The notes under the pieces were generated by a model. That model did no database searches. It had not been told where the DNA came from and saw only the letters and a list, made by a program, of their open reading frames with translations. A program made the translations under genes and the position numbers. From NCBI RefSeq assembly GCF_001194135.2, contig NC_068985.1, positions 13,166,123-13,230,049 on the forward strand: 63,927 nucleotides of DNA, written 5' to 3'. The stretch comes from Octopus bimaculoides (lineage: Eukaryota). Shown piece by piece: positions 63,915 to 63,927 of the stretch (position 1 is its first letter; each line of letters opens with the position of its first letter).

Positions 63915-63927
63915 CATATATATGTAG

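Overview
Repeat-dominated, AT-rich animal genomic DNA. It has about 14 N-gaps, most flanked by (TA)n or similar microsatellites, and dense (TA)n/(TG)n/(TATG)n/(GATA)n/(AAT)n tracts. The tRNA-derived SINE repertoire and the neuropeptide sequence point to an octopus (coleoid cephalopod) draft assembly; this is inference. Only one host gene is supported: a + strand buccalin/allatostatin-A-type neuropeptide precursor. Its main coding exon (acceptor AG 51003-51004, ATG 51017, donor GT 51675) encodes a signal peptide and 10 tandem GKR/GKK-terminated amidated peptides, mostly xDPxxFGxL-amide. Its 5' UTR exon and final exon are not securely located. The rest is mobile DNA: at least four tRNA-SINE families with shuffled modules and a recurring dimer; R4/Dong-clade restriction-endonuclease LINE pieces stacked in (TAA)n microsatellites; an RTE LINE remnant; Penelope-like terminal repeats carrying minimal hammerhead-ribozyme folds (three sequence families, two in tail-to-tail foldbacks); and MITE/mariner remnants. 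Almost all ORFs in the supplied track are microsatellite or N-gap artefacts. All family assignments were made by eye from motifs; no database search was run, and repeat boundaries are approximate.
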